This document shows positions 1 through 8,249 of a stretch of 64,000 bases of DNA, piece after piece. This DNA comes from Bacilli bacterium (GTDB taxonomy: Bacteria; Bacillota_I; Bacilli_A; RFN20; CAG-826). The notes below the pieces were generated by a model, which saw only the letters and a list, made by a program, of their open reading frames with translations, ran no database searches and was not told the DNA's origin. Location of the stretch: positions 22,398-86,397 of the forward strand of contig JAQWCH010000002.1 in NCBI GenBank assembly GCA_028705995.1. The letters are read 5' to 3'. The translations under genes were made by a program, and so were the position numbers. Positions within the stretch are counted from its first letter, which is position 1. Every line of letters starts with the position of its first letter.

Positions 1-1
1 G

Positions 2-769
2 ATGGTAAGCATTAAACCACACAAAAAAGTTCAAAATGCACTCCTAATTGGCGCTGGCATTATTTTTCTTTTATTGATTTGGACTTTAATTGCGGCGATT
101 GTTAAAAGTCCTGTTGTTAGTTATCCGCATGAAGCCTTTATCCGTTTGTTTACGCTTTTGGGCGAATTAACCACCTATCAACATGTTTTTAATAGCCTTC
201 TGCGTTTAATAAGCGCATTATTTTTCGCTGTAATCATCGGGTTTTTGCTCGGTGCGCTTGGTGGTAGTTTTGAAAGTTTTCATACATTCTTAAAACCCGT
301 GATGATTTCAATGCGCACGTTACCAACGGCAAGTATTATTTTAATTGTTGTTTCATTAACGAAAATCAAATTTGCGCCGATTATTGTTGTCGCGTTAATC
401 GCACTCCCAATTGCTTATGAAGCAATGGTTGCGGGTTTACACAACGTTGATGATCAAATCCGCTCAGCCCTTAAAATTGAAGGTGATAAGAACTTTTATG
501 CCTTCCGTAAAGTTTTATTACCATCGACATGGCCTTACTTAGCTCTCGGTATTGTCCAAATGGTCGGCTTAGGGATGAAAGTGGAAATAATGAGCGAAGT
601 GCTTGCTGGCACAACTGGAAATTTTGGACTTGGATTTGCAATTTATCAAGCTTATGCATTTGAAGTCCAATATGTTGATATATACGCGTATTCAATTCTT
701 GCGATTAGTATCATTGCGGGTGCCGAAATACTACTAAATTATCTTAAAAAGCGTCTCCAGGTGCGTTAA
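2..769 (+). CDS. ABC transporter permease, NitT/TauT (SsuC-like) family; start may lie at or before the window edge
   Basis: About 6 hydrophobic segments, 'RTLP' motif, EAA-like loop (IRSALKIEG...FRKVLLPSTWPY), 'MSEVL...GLGFAI' typical of NitT/TauT permeases. Confidence 0.8.
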   Translation: MVSIKPHKKVQNALLIGAGIIFLLLIWTLIAAIVKSPVVSYPHEAFIRLFTLLGELTTYQHVFNSLLRLISALFFAVIIGFLLGALGGSFESFHTFLKPVMISMRTLPTASIILIVVSLTKIKFAPIIVVALIALPIAYEAMVAGLHNVDDQIRSALKIEGDKNFYAFRKVLLPSTWPYLALGIVQMVGLGMKVEIMSEVLAGTTGNFGLGFAIYQAYAFEVQYVDIYAYSILAISIIAGAEILLNYLKKRLQVR

Positions 770-788
770 AGATACTTAAACGATAAAC

Positions 789-812
789 AATCGTCCCCGT
801 GACGATTTTTTT
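789..812 (+). terminator. Intrinsic terminator of the permease gene
   Basis: AATCGTC-cccgt-GACGATT hairpin followed by a T-run. Confidence 0.75.
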
Positions 813-843
813 GATACTTTTTCGGCTTGTGATTACTATTTAT
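813..843 (+). promoter_or_regulatory. Putative alternative-sigma promoter or operator GATAC-N17-ACTATTTAT (copy 1 of 3)
   Basis: Same two boxes and same 17-nt spacing occur at 29466-29496 (-) and 56045-56075 (-). Confidence 0.55.
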
Positions 844-873
844 CAAATTAGATAAAGTAAAAGGAGTCTAATT

Positions 874-1464
874 ATGTATCCACTGGAAAGCCAAAACAAG
901 TTTCGTCGTCTACGCCAAAACAGTAATGAGCACTCACACCTTGAAGATAAGAGCGAAAGCGAATTAATTGCTTATCAAAAATTAATGCAAAATCTTCATG
1001 ATCAAGTTTCATGGACAAGGCGCCAGTTAAACTATATTGCTTTTAACTTAGAATATCGTGTCGAATATGAATTGCGGCGCGGTGAAGTTTATGAGTTCGA
1101 CTGGGGGCTTAATGTTCATGCTGAGCTGAGCCAACGTCATTATGGGGTTGTATTACTAGATAGTTACGCAAATAACGATATTGTTGTCGTCGTTCCACTA
1201 AAAACTCGTCATCATGAACCAAATCCAATGAGTGATGTGAATATTGGAAAGCTCCACAATGTAACTGAGGATAAAGAAACACTTGCGGTAATTAATCAAA
1301 TCCGCGGGTTAGATAAATTGCGCATCTATCAAAAAGGGCTAATTAAAGATGGAAGTCTAAACAAAGATCGCGGACCGATTACAATTCTTAATGAAAAACA
1401 AATGGACAAAATTGTCGCTGGGATTAATCAATTGTTAATTGAAGGTCGAACTGTAATTCAATGA
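874..1464 (+). CDS. PemK/MazF-family protein with ~65-aa N-terminal extension and no adjacent antitoxin
   Basis: RRGEVYEFDWGLNVHAELSQRHYGVVL...IVVVVPLKT...AVINQIRGLDKLRI matches the PemK/MazF pattern; RBS AAGGAG upstream. Confidence 0.75.
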   Translation: MYPLESQNKFRRLRQNSNEHSHLEDKSESELIAYQKLMQNLHDQVSWTRRQLNYIAFNLEYRVEYELRRGEVYEFDWGLNVHAELSQRHYGVVLLDSYANNDIVVVVPLKTRHHEPNPMSDVNIGKLHNVTEDKETLAVINQIRGLDKLRIYQKGLIKDGSLNKDRGPITILNEKQMDKIVAGINQLLIEGRTVIQ

Positions 1465-1545
1465 ATCTGCACTATACGCATAAATATAGAAGAAGCATAA
1501 AAGTAATAATATAGTAGTTTGTTAGTACTATACGTACCCTAATTA

Positions 1546-1554
1546 TGTGGATAA
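1546..1554 (-). promoter_or_regulatory. Single perfect DnaA-box sequence (TTATCCACA); function uncertain
   Basis: TGTGGATAA on the + strand; a 1-mismatch copy TGTTGATAA lies at 1697-1705. Confidence 0.3.
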
Positions 1555-1641
1555 ATACCCAATGTGTCTGTTATCATTTTTGTATGTTCACATAATTGAT
1601 AACACAAAAAAATCTCTCTAATACTTGTTTATATAGTATTT

Positions 1642-1669
1642 AGTTAACATAATATACATTATCGGAAGT
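1642..1669 (-). other. dif: dif site (XerC/XerD chromosome dimer resolution site)
   Basis: Reverse complement ACTTCCGATAA-TGTATA-TTATGTTAACT has the 11-6-11 layout and resembles B. subtilis dif (ACTTCCTAGAA-TATATA-TTATGTAAACT) and E. coli dif; it is intergenic and sits at the switch in gene orientation. Confidence 0.9.
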
Positions 1670-1741
1670 AAATACAAACCACCAAAAACGCTTAATTGTT
1701 GATAAAACGTCCTATCTTCTATTAATCATATAGATAAGCAT

Positions 1742-1772
1742 AAAAAAGAAAACACACCGCGGCCGATGTGTT
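1742..1772 (-). terminator. Intrinsic terminator after rsfS
   Basis: Minus strand AACACATCG-gccg-CGGTGTGTT followed by a T-rich tail. Confidence 0.7.
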
Positions 1773-1779
1773 ACTTATA

Positions 1780-2148
1780 TTAATTTAAATCATCTTCCGG
1801 TGTTGGAGTTTGATAAAGTATTTTGCTTTCTTGTAATAAATCTTCTAGTTGATATGAGTGACGCGCTTGTTCGGAAAAAATATGGACAATCACATCATAG
1901 GCATCAATGAGAATCCACTCTTCGGATTTTCCTTTACCTTCAATATGATGAATTGGAAATTTATTGACTGCACAGACTTCATCAATTTGATCAGCTAGGG
2001 CATTTAGTAATCGCGGGTTCTTTGCTGTAACAATTACATAATAATCGGCAAGTGGGGTGCGATTTTTAACATCATAGACTAAAACGTTATCCCCCTTTTT
2101 ATCTTCGAGGGCGGTGATAATTGTTTTTATTTTCTTATTCAATCGCAT
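1780..2148 (-). CDS. rsfS: Ribosome silencing factor RsfS
   Basis: EDKKG...ADYYVIVTA...EG...WILIDAYDVIVHIFS...Y.LE; position at the end of the yqeG operon. Confidence 0.93.
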   Translation of the reverse strand: MRLNKKIKTIITALEDKKGDNVLVYDVKNRTPLADYYVIVTAKNPRLLNALADQIDEVCAVNKFPIHHIEGKGKSEEWILIDAYDVIVHIFSEQARHSYQLEDLLQESKILYQTPTPEDDLN

Positions 2149-2150
2149 AT

Positions 2151-3239
2151 TTACTCCTTTAAATATTGTTTGAAACAGGCGTTTGTTAATGGATTATCGA
2201 ATTTTTTCTTTTTATTGATTAAAAATTGGCGGTTCGCACTTAATGTTACAAGAAAGCCATCATGGTAATCATGTAAACAGGCCTCAATTAAACTTCTTGA
2301 ATCAAATCCACGGCTTGGTTCAATCTTATCTGCCGCATAAATAATCATTTGCAGTGGCCGCATATTCGCTGCGCCTGTGTTATGAGTGCGAATTGCTTTT
2401 AAGACTTCTTCATCAACAATTTTAAAGTCCTCTTGCGCGAGAAATTCTCCGATGAATTGGTGGTAATTCACTTTGCTGAGCGAAAGATAATGTGGATAAT
2501 GCTCTTCCATAATCTTTTCTCTTAAAGGTGGTAGCACATTTTTACCAATATCATGTAATAGACCAGCTAAATAAGCTTGTGCACCATTCATTTGGTTGCT
2601 AACTGCGATTTGGTAGGCAAGTTTTGCCACTTCAAAGCTATGATTACGCCTTAACTCATCTAAATAACGCCCAAGACGATCAACATAATATAGGTAATTA
2701 TCTTGAATATAATCAAGCACGGAAAGGCTTGTATCCAGACTTTGGCATTCGCGAATCGCACTTGAACTGGCATTTGATTCCGGACCCGTAATAACGTGCA
2801 TATGATAACGACTAATTGTTGCCTGATTAATGCTGCTTTTGGGGCGCGCATAAACTAATAATTGCACTAATGAAGCGATTAATTCTGGATTTTTCCACTC
2901 ATGAAATTTTGTTACTTGATCGGCGCCGAGCAGCCAAAAAAGTTCGTCATTTGGATGAGTTTTTTTGAAATATTTAATCGTATCAATCGAATAATTTACT
3001 TCTTCATCACCATCGAGTTCATAACGCGAAACATCCGCCCAGTCATAAGCGTTTAGATAACGTTTTAACATCTGAAAACGATGTTCACCATTTAGTTTTG
3101 GGAGTTTCCAGCGTGGATTTTTGGCGGGAATAAAAATCACCTGCTTGGCCTCAATTTGTAAGCGGGCTTGGTCTGCCATTAAAAAATGGCCATGATGAAT
3201 TGGATCAAATGAGCCACCAAATAAAATTATTTTAGCCAT
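2151..3239 (-). CDS. nadD: Fusion of nicotinate-nucleotide adenylyltransferase NadD and YqeK-type HD hydrolase (Ap4A hydrolase)
   Basis: N-terminal FGGSFDPIHHGH, LLGADQ, SSSAIR; C-terminal RRNHS...LLHDIGK...ADKIEP HD domain. Confidence 0.9.
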   Translation of the reverse strand: MAKIILFGGSFDPIHHGHFLMADQARLQIEAKQVIFIPAKNPRWKLPKLNGEHRFQMLKRYLNAYDWADVSRYELDGDEEVNYSIDTIKYFKKTHPNDELFWLLGADQVTKFHEWKNPELIASLVQLLVYARPKSSINQATISRYHMHVITGPESNASSSAIRECQSLDTSLSVLDYIQDNYLYYVDRLGRYLDELRRNHSFEVAKLAYQIAVSNQMNGAQAYLAGLLHDIGKNVLPPLREKIMEEHYPHYLSLSKVNYHQFIGEFLAQEDFKIVDEEVLKAIRTHNTGAANMRPLQMIIYAADKIEPSRGFDSRSLIEACLHDYHDGFLVTLSANRQFLINKKKKFDNPLTNACFKQYLKE

Positions 3240-3528
3240 TCGGTAAAACGAACCTACTTCCTTTTAAGCGGGGTTTAAAAAGAATAATCACGCGGCCAAT
3301 AATATCAACAACTTCTGCTTCTAGCGAGATTGAAATTTCATATGCAAGATCTTTAAGCGGAGTTTCAACCGTCTTCAAAATATGAACTTTAATTAGTTCA
3401 CGCGCTTTTAAAGCATTTTGCAATAATTGGAGTTGATTTTCACTGATGATGTTTTTACCAATTTGATATTTAACGTCAATGGGATTACTAGCTTTTTTCA
3501 AAAAAGCACGTTTTTTTGCAGATAACAT
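3232..3528 (-). CDS. yhbY: YhbY/CRM-domain RNA-binding protein
   Basis: YQIGK...ALKARELIKV...IIGRVIILF; synteny. Confidence 0.9.
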   Translation of the reverse strand: MLSAKKRAFLKKASNPIDVKYQIGKNIISENQLQLLQNALKARELIKVHILKTVETPLKDLAYEISISLEAEVVDIIGRVIILFKPRLKGSRFVLPNG

Positions 3529-4658
3529 TAGATTTTACTTGTATTATGATAAATACTTACACCTTTCGGAACATAAGTTCGAATTACTTGTTTCTTTCCT
3601 TTAAAAGCCACCCAACCAAGACCGGCAAAAGAAATATCACAGTAGTCATCGTAATCGACGCGAATCTCATAGACATCAAGATCAAGATGGCTAGCGATTG
3701 TTTTCGAGATTGGCCGTGCTTCTTTGCGTTTAATTAGTCGATCAAGCGTTGCATCTGCTCGTCTAGTCTCAACGCGGTGAATGCTCACATCGTTAGCGAC
3801 ATAAACGGTGAAATTAGAGCGTGGGCCAGACATATAATCGAAACGCGCAATCGCACCGATTAGCAGTGATTGCCCGGGGCGTAAAGCAAAAATTTGTGGA
3901 TGGATGGTTGAGCGGGGAACAATAGTGCGAATAACATCTTTTTCATTGGCCATTTGCCCGATTACTGAGTTAGAAATTGAAAGCCCTGGGGTATCGTAAA
4001 TCGCTGAGCGATCATCAAGTGGGATTTCAATCACTTTTATAGTGGTATTCGGATAAAACGAAGTCGTGATGTAAAAATTACTTTCGTTTTTAAAATTTTT
4101 CAAAAGTGTATTAATCAAAGACGATTTCCCACTACTCACGGAACCGATAAAGTAAACAGAATGCCCATCACGTAATTCTTCTATACTCGCCATCACTTCT
4201 TCAATGTTATAGTTTTTTGTTGAGGAAGTAAGAATAATTTTAGCCGGTTTTAGTGAAGCTTGCTCACAGCGTTTAGCAACATAATCTTGGATTTTGTCAC
4301 GCTTTATGTTAGCGGGCAGTAAATCAATTTTATTTGCGACTAAAATAATTCGACTATCACGAATTGCATCAGTAACTTCGGAAATAAAGCTTGTTTCAAA
4401 CGTAAATAAATCAACAACATACACAATTAATGCTTGGGTTGCTTTAATCTGCGCTAAAATCGTATTGAAGTCCGCATTAAAAATCGGCTCATTTAAAGCG
4501 TCATGTCCGGCGTGGTTTTTTTCAAAACAACTTTGACAGAGGACAATTTCATGCCGCGCCATTTGAAAAGCGGTAGTAAAACCCGGTGCCTGCGGATTTT
4601 CTGTTTGTAGAATTTCCCCGCAACCATAACAACGTCGAACTTTTTTAACTTCACTCAT
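3528..4658 (-). CDS. yqeH: Ribosome biogenesis GTPase YqeH
   Basis: CYGCG...CQSC zinc finger; circularly permuted G4 NKID, G1 GSVSSGKSS, G2 PNTT, G3 DTPG. Confidence 0.9.
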   Translation of the reverse strand: MSEVKKVRRCYGCGEILQTENPQAPGFTTAFQMARHEIVLCQSCFEKNHAGHDALNEPIFNADFNTILAQIKATQALIVYVVDLFTFETSFISEVTDAIRDSRIILVANKIDLLPANIKRDKIQDYVAKRCEQASLKPAKIILTSSTKNYNIEEVMASIEELRDGHSVYFIGSVSSGKSSLINTLLKNFKNESNFYITTSFYPNTTIKVIEIPLDDRSAIYDTPGLSISNSVIGQMANEKDVIRTIVPRSTIHPQIFALRPGQSLLIGAIARFDYMSGPRSNFTVYVANDVSIHRVETRRADATLDRLIKRKEARPISKTIASHLDLDVYEIRVDYDDYCDISFAGLGWVAFKGKKQVIRTYVPKGVSIYHNTSKI

Positions 4659-5178
4659 AAAAATTCCTCCAACTAGGTAAACGGTTTTGCCGTTTCAATT
4701 TTCGCCGTAATGGACGATCAATCACGCGATTAATGCGTGTTGTCCATTGATCTTCGTCAACGAGTTTTTCCGTCAATAAGACTTTGATGTGCGCACGCTT
4801 ACTCGCGAGCACATCCGTCAGCAATTGATCACCAATCAAAATAGTTTCTACCGGAATAAAATTCTCTTTTGCCATCAACTTCTTAAACTTAAAAGCAAAT
4901 GGTTTTCGTGCACTGTGTAGATAAGCTACATCAAGTGCCTCAGCATACTTTTTTACTCGTGGCCCTTTATTATTCGAGACAATCACAATTTGATATCCTT
5001 GAGTCTTTAAACCGCTAATCAAATTCTGAACTCGTTGGTTTGGAAAACTCGCGCGGTAAGAGTCTAAGGTATTATCTAAATCGAGCAGCAAATTTTTTAG
5101 TCCATTTTTCTTATAAAAATCTAGAGGAACTTCATAGATGCTAGCCGCATAATAATGAGGGATGAGTTTTTTACACAT
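4651..5178 (-). CDS. yqeG: YqeG-family HAD IIIA phosphatase
   Basis: DLDNTL, VSNN, ARKP, IGDQLLTDV motifs. Confidence 0.92.
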   Translation of the reverse strand: MCKKLIPHYYAASIYEVPLDFYKKNGLKNLLLDLDNTLDSYRASFPNQRVQNLISGLKTQGYQIVIVSNNKGPRVKKYAEALDVAYLHSARKPFAFKFKKLMAKENFIPVETILIGDQLLTDVLASKRAHIKVLLTEKLVDEDQWTTRINRVIDRPLRRKLKRQNRLPSWRNFYE

Positions 5179-5267
5179 AAATTACCTATTTATACTATAA
5201 GAGAAAAAGCCGATTTAATAAAGTATTTTGATTATTTTTTGCGACTTTTGTGCTTATAATAAGATAT

Positions 5268-5603
5268 ATGAACGAAACAAATAAAATAGTGATAAATAAA
5301 CCTCCATATAAAGAAGATTTACGCCTTAAGTTTTATTTAAATCTCGGCGCGCTACTCGCCGCAATTGGGAGCTTTATCGGCATTATGGGAATTGCGTTTG
5401 TAATTTATGCTTTTGCAAAGTATTATCAGGATTTTCAACTAGTTCCCCACACAATTAATGCTGATGATGAAAATATGCCAGCCTATCAAGCAAGGAAAAA
5501 AGCTTATATTTATGCTTTGGTTGTTACAATCTTAATTAGTATTTACTATATCTTATTGATTCTTGTCACAATGAAAGAAACGCTCGGTGCGGCCATAAAC
5601 TAA
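5268..5603 (+). CDS. Small hypothetical membrane protein (2 TM), possibly leaderless
   Basis: Two hydrophobic segments; ATG at 5268 is 7 nt after TATAAT (5255-5260); terminator follows. Confidence 0.65.
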   Translation: MNETNKIVINKPPYKEDLRLKFYLNLGALLAAIGSFIGIMGIAFVIYAFAKYYQDFQLVPHTINADDENMPAYQARKKAYIYALVVTILISIYYILLILVTMKETLGAAIN

Positions 5604-5632
5604 AAGTGTTATCGTCAAGATAACACTTTTTA
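5602..5632. terminator. Bidirectional terminator between convergent genes
   Basis: AAAAGTGTTATC-gtcaa-GATAACACTTTT perfect inverted repeat. Confidence 0.8.
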
Positions 5633-8248
5633 TTAATCTCCCATCACATCAAAGATGGAAATTTGTTCGAATTCTGGCGAATTATCTTCGTCAACTGGTT
5701 GATCGACAACTTTTGTTTCATCGGTAACAACTGGTGGTTCATAACTCTTCAGCGTTTCATCAACAGTGAGGAGTTTTTCATAGTAGACGCCGGCAATCGT
5801 TTCATCTTCAGTTAGTTGTTCAATGTTGCGTTTGGCATATTTTTCTACTGGGGTCACACGTAAATCGTCAATCATAACTGGGAGAATATTGCTGCTATTG
5901 AGCAAGAGATTCAGCCGAACTTCGCTTGCACGATGAACGATTTTATCGAGAAAAACAATCTTTTGTGGGTCACTCTTAAACGATTTATACACTAATTGGA
6001 CGCGGCCCATACGCTCCGTTAATTGTAAGTAATTGATATCGATAATGCGCGCATGACCTTCAATCGTCACTAAAACTAATTTACCTTTTTCTTCGGGGTG
6101 ATAGGCAAGTACTTCAACGAGTTTGTTTTTCTTGACGTTTTTCATCGCAAGCACGCCACCGGCTTTTAAGGAAATTGGTGATAAATCATTTTCATTAAAG
6201 TAACTAGCGCGACCATCTTCAGCGACAACAAGAATGTTGCTATTACCAGTCGTCAATGTGACATCGACTACTTGATCACCCTTTGCAAGTCGCATGCAAT
6301 TAATTGGGCGGTTAAAACGCGATACATTAAATTCATTTAACGAAGTGCGTTTAATCTTGCCATCAGCGGTTAAAAACACAATATAGAGATCTTCACGGAA
6401 TGTCGAAATATCAAGCGCGCGGATGACTTTTTCTTCACCACGTAATGGAATTAAGTAGTTGATATGTTTGCCTTCATCCTTCCACTTACCATCGACAATT
6501 TCAAACACCGGGATATAGAGATAATTACCCATATTTGTGAAAGCTAGGATATAGTCAGTTGTTTGTGCTTCACCGGTCGCGACGAGCAAATCGCCTTGTT
6601 TCACGCCTGGTAAAGCATTATCGCCACTGGATTTATATGATTTCAAAGAGGAACGCTTAATATATCCATCGCGAGTAATCGCGACCATCACTGTTTCTTT
6701 AGCAACTAAATCGCGTTTATCAATTTGTACAACTTCAAGATTATCTTCAATTTTTGTTCTACGCGCATCGCCATATTTCGCGGCTAAATCACGCAAGTCT
6801 TTAATGATCACGCGGTTGAGTTTATCTTCATTCGCTAAAATTGCTTCAAGCTCAAGAATATCTTTTTCCAAGCGACTCTTTTCGTTCTCGAGTGTTGTGA
6901 TATCGGTATTTGTTAACTTATAAAGTTGGAGCATAACAATTGCTTCGGCCTGTTCAGGTGTGAAGGCAAATTGTTTTTGTAAATTATTTTTCGCATCATT
7001 TTTGTCGACACTTGCACGAATTGTTTTAACGACGGCGTCAACCTGCGAAATTGCAGCGATGAGCCCATCGACAATATGGAGTCGCGCGCGATTCTTTTTT
7101 AAGTCATATTGCGAACGCCGGGTAATAATTTCTTTTTGATGGACAATATAGGCATCGGCAAATGCAAGTAAATTCAGGGTCCGTGGACGTCCATCAACAA
7201 TGGCGACCATATTAGCGGAATAGCCAGTCCGTAACTGCGTTTTATTAAATAAGTATTCGAGTAAAATATTTTCATCAGCATCGGCTTTAAGATCAACAAC
7301 AATGCGCAAACCCTCACGGTCTGATTCATCGCGAACCTCTAATAGACCATCAATCCGTTTATTGCGGCAGAGTGAATCAATATCACGGATAATCTGCGTT
7401 TTATTTACGCCATATGGAATTTCATGAACAATAATCTGTTTTTCATCTTTGGTTACAACAAACGACGTTTTTGCCGCAACATCGACGCGCCCACGGCCAA
7501 GCAAATAGATGTCATCGAGGCCTTGAGAACGATAAATAGTCCCGCCGGTTGGGAAATCTGGTCCCAGTACAAATTGGCGAAGTTCTTCGACTGTCGCCCG
7601 TTTATGACCAATGCGGTAAATAATTGCTTCTGCTACTTCTAAAAAATTATGGGGCGGAATTTCCGTTGCCACACCGACAGCAATGCCGGATGCGCCATTG
7701 AGCAATAGATTGGGGAAGCGGCTAGGTAAAACAGTTGGTTCAAAGGAAGTGTCATCGAACGTTAACTGCATATCCACCGTCTCTTTATCAATATCGCGGA
7801 CTAATTCGGCAGAAAGTTCTGCTAAGCGTGATTCTGTATAACGGTATGCTGCTGGACTATCGCCATCGATTGAGCCATTGTTACCTTGAAAATCAATTAA
7901 AGGATAACGCATCACCCAAGTTTGAGACATCCGGGCGAGCGCTTCATAAATCGATGAATCCCCATGTGGATGATATTTTCCCATGACTGATCCAACAGTA
8001 TGCGCACATTTTTTTGTTGGCTTATTGAAAGTATTTCCTTCATCTGCCATGGCAAAAATAATTCTTCGTTGCACGGGTTTTAAACCATCACGGACATCGG
8101 GAATCGCCCGATTTTGAATTACTTCTTTCGCATAAATTGCATAGCGATCACCCATGATGTCATCCATGGCCGCCGGTAAAATTTTCTGTTCAATTACTGG
8201 TTGTTCTTTGATTTTGGTGATTTTTTTTGTTTTTTTTACTTTTGCCAT
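5633..8248 (-). CDS. parC: DNA topoisomerase IV subunit A
   Basis: RAIPDVRDGLKPVQRR, GKYHPHGDSSIY, AAYRYTE catalytic Tyr; follows parE, next to plsY as in Firmicutes. Confidence 0.92.
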   Translation of the reverse strand: MAKVKKTKKITKIKEQPVIEQKILPAAMDDIMGDRYAIYAKEVIQNRAIPDVRDGLKPVQRRIIFAMADEGNTFNKPTKKCAHTVGSVMGKYHPHGDSSIYEALARMSQTWVMRYPLIDFQGNNGSIDGDSPAAYRYTESRLAELSAELVRDIDKETVDMQLTFDDTSFEPTVLPSRFPNLLLNGASGIAVGVATEIPPHNFLEVAEAIIYRIGHKRATVEELRQFVLGPDFPTGGTIYRSQGLDDIYLLGRGRVDVAAKTSFVVTKDEKQIIVHEIPYGVNKTQIIRDIDSLCRNKRIDGLLEVRDESDREGLRIVVDLKADADENILLEYLFNKTQLRTGYSANMVAIVDGRPRTLNLLAFADAYIVHQKEIITRRSQYDLKKNRARLHIVDGLIAAISQVDAVVKTIRASVDKNDAKNNLQKQFAFTPEQAEAIVMLQLYKLTNTDITTLENEKSRLEKDILELEAILANEDKLNRVIIKDLRDLAAKYGDARRTKIEDNLEVVQIDKRDLVAKETVMVAITRDGYIKRSSLKSYKSSGDNALPGVKQGDLLVATGEAQTTDYILAFTNMGNYLYIPVFEIVDGKWKDEGKHINYLIPLRGEEKVIRALDISTFREDLYIVFLTADGKIKRTSLNEFNVSRFNRPINCMRLAKGDQVVDVTLTTGNSNILVVAEDGRASYFNENDLSPISLKAGGVLAMKNVKKNKLVEVLAYHPEEKGKLVLVTIEGHARIIDINYLQLTERMGRVQLVYKSFKSDPQKIVFLDKIVHRASEVRLNLLLNSSNILPVMIDDLRVTPVEKYAKRNIEQLTEDETIAGVYYEKLLTVDETLKSYEPPVVTDETKVVDQPVDEDNSPEFEQISIFDVMGD

Positions 8249-8249
8249 C

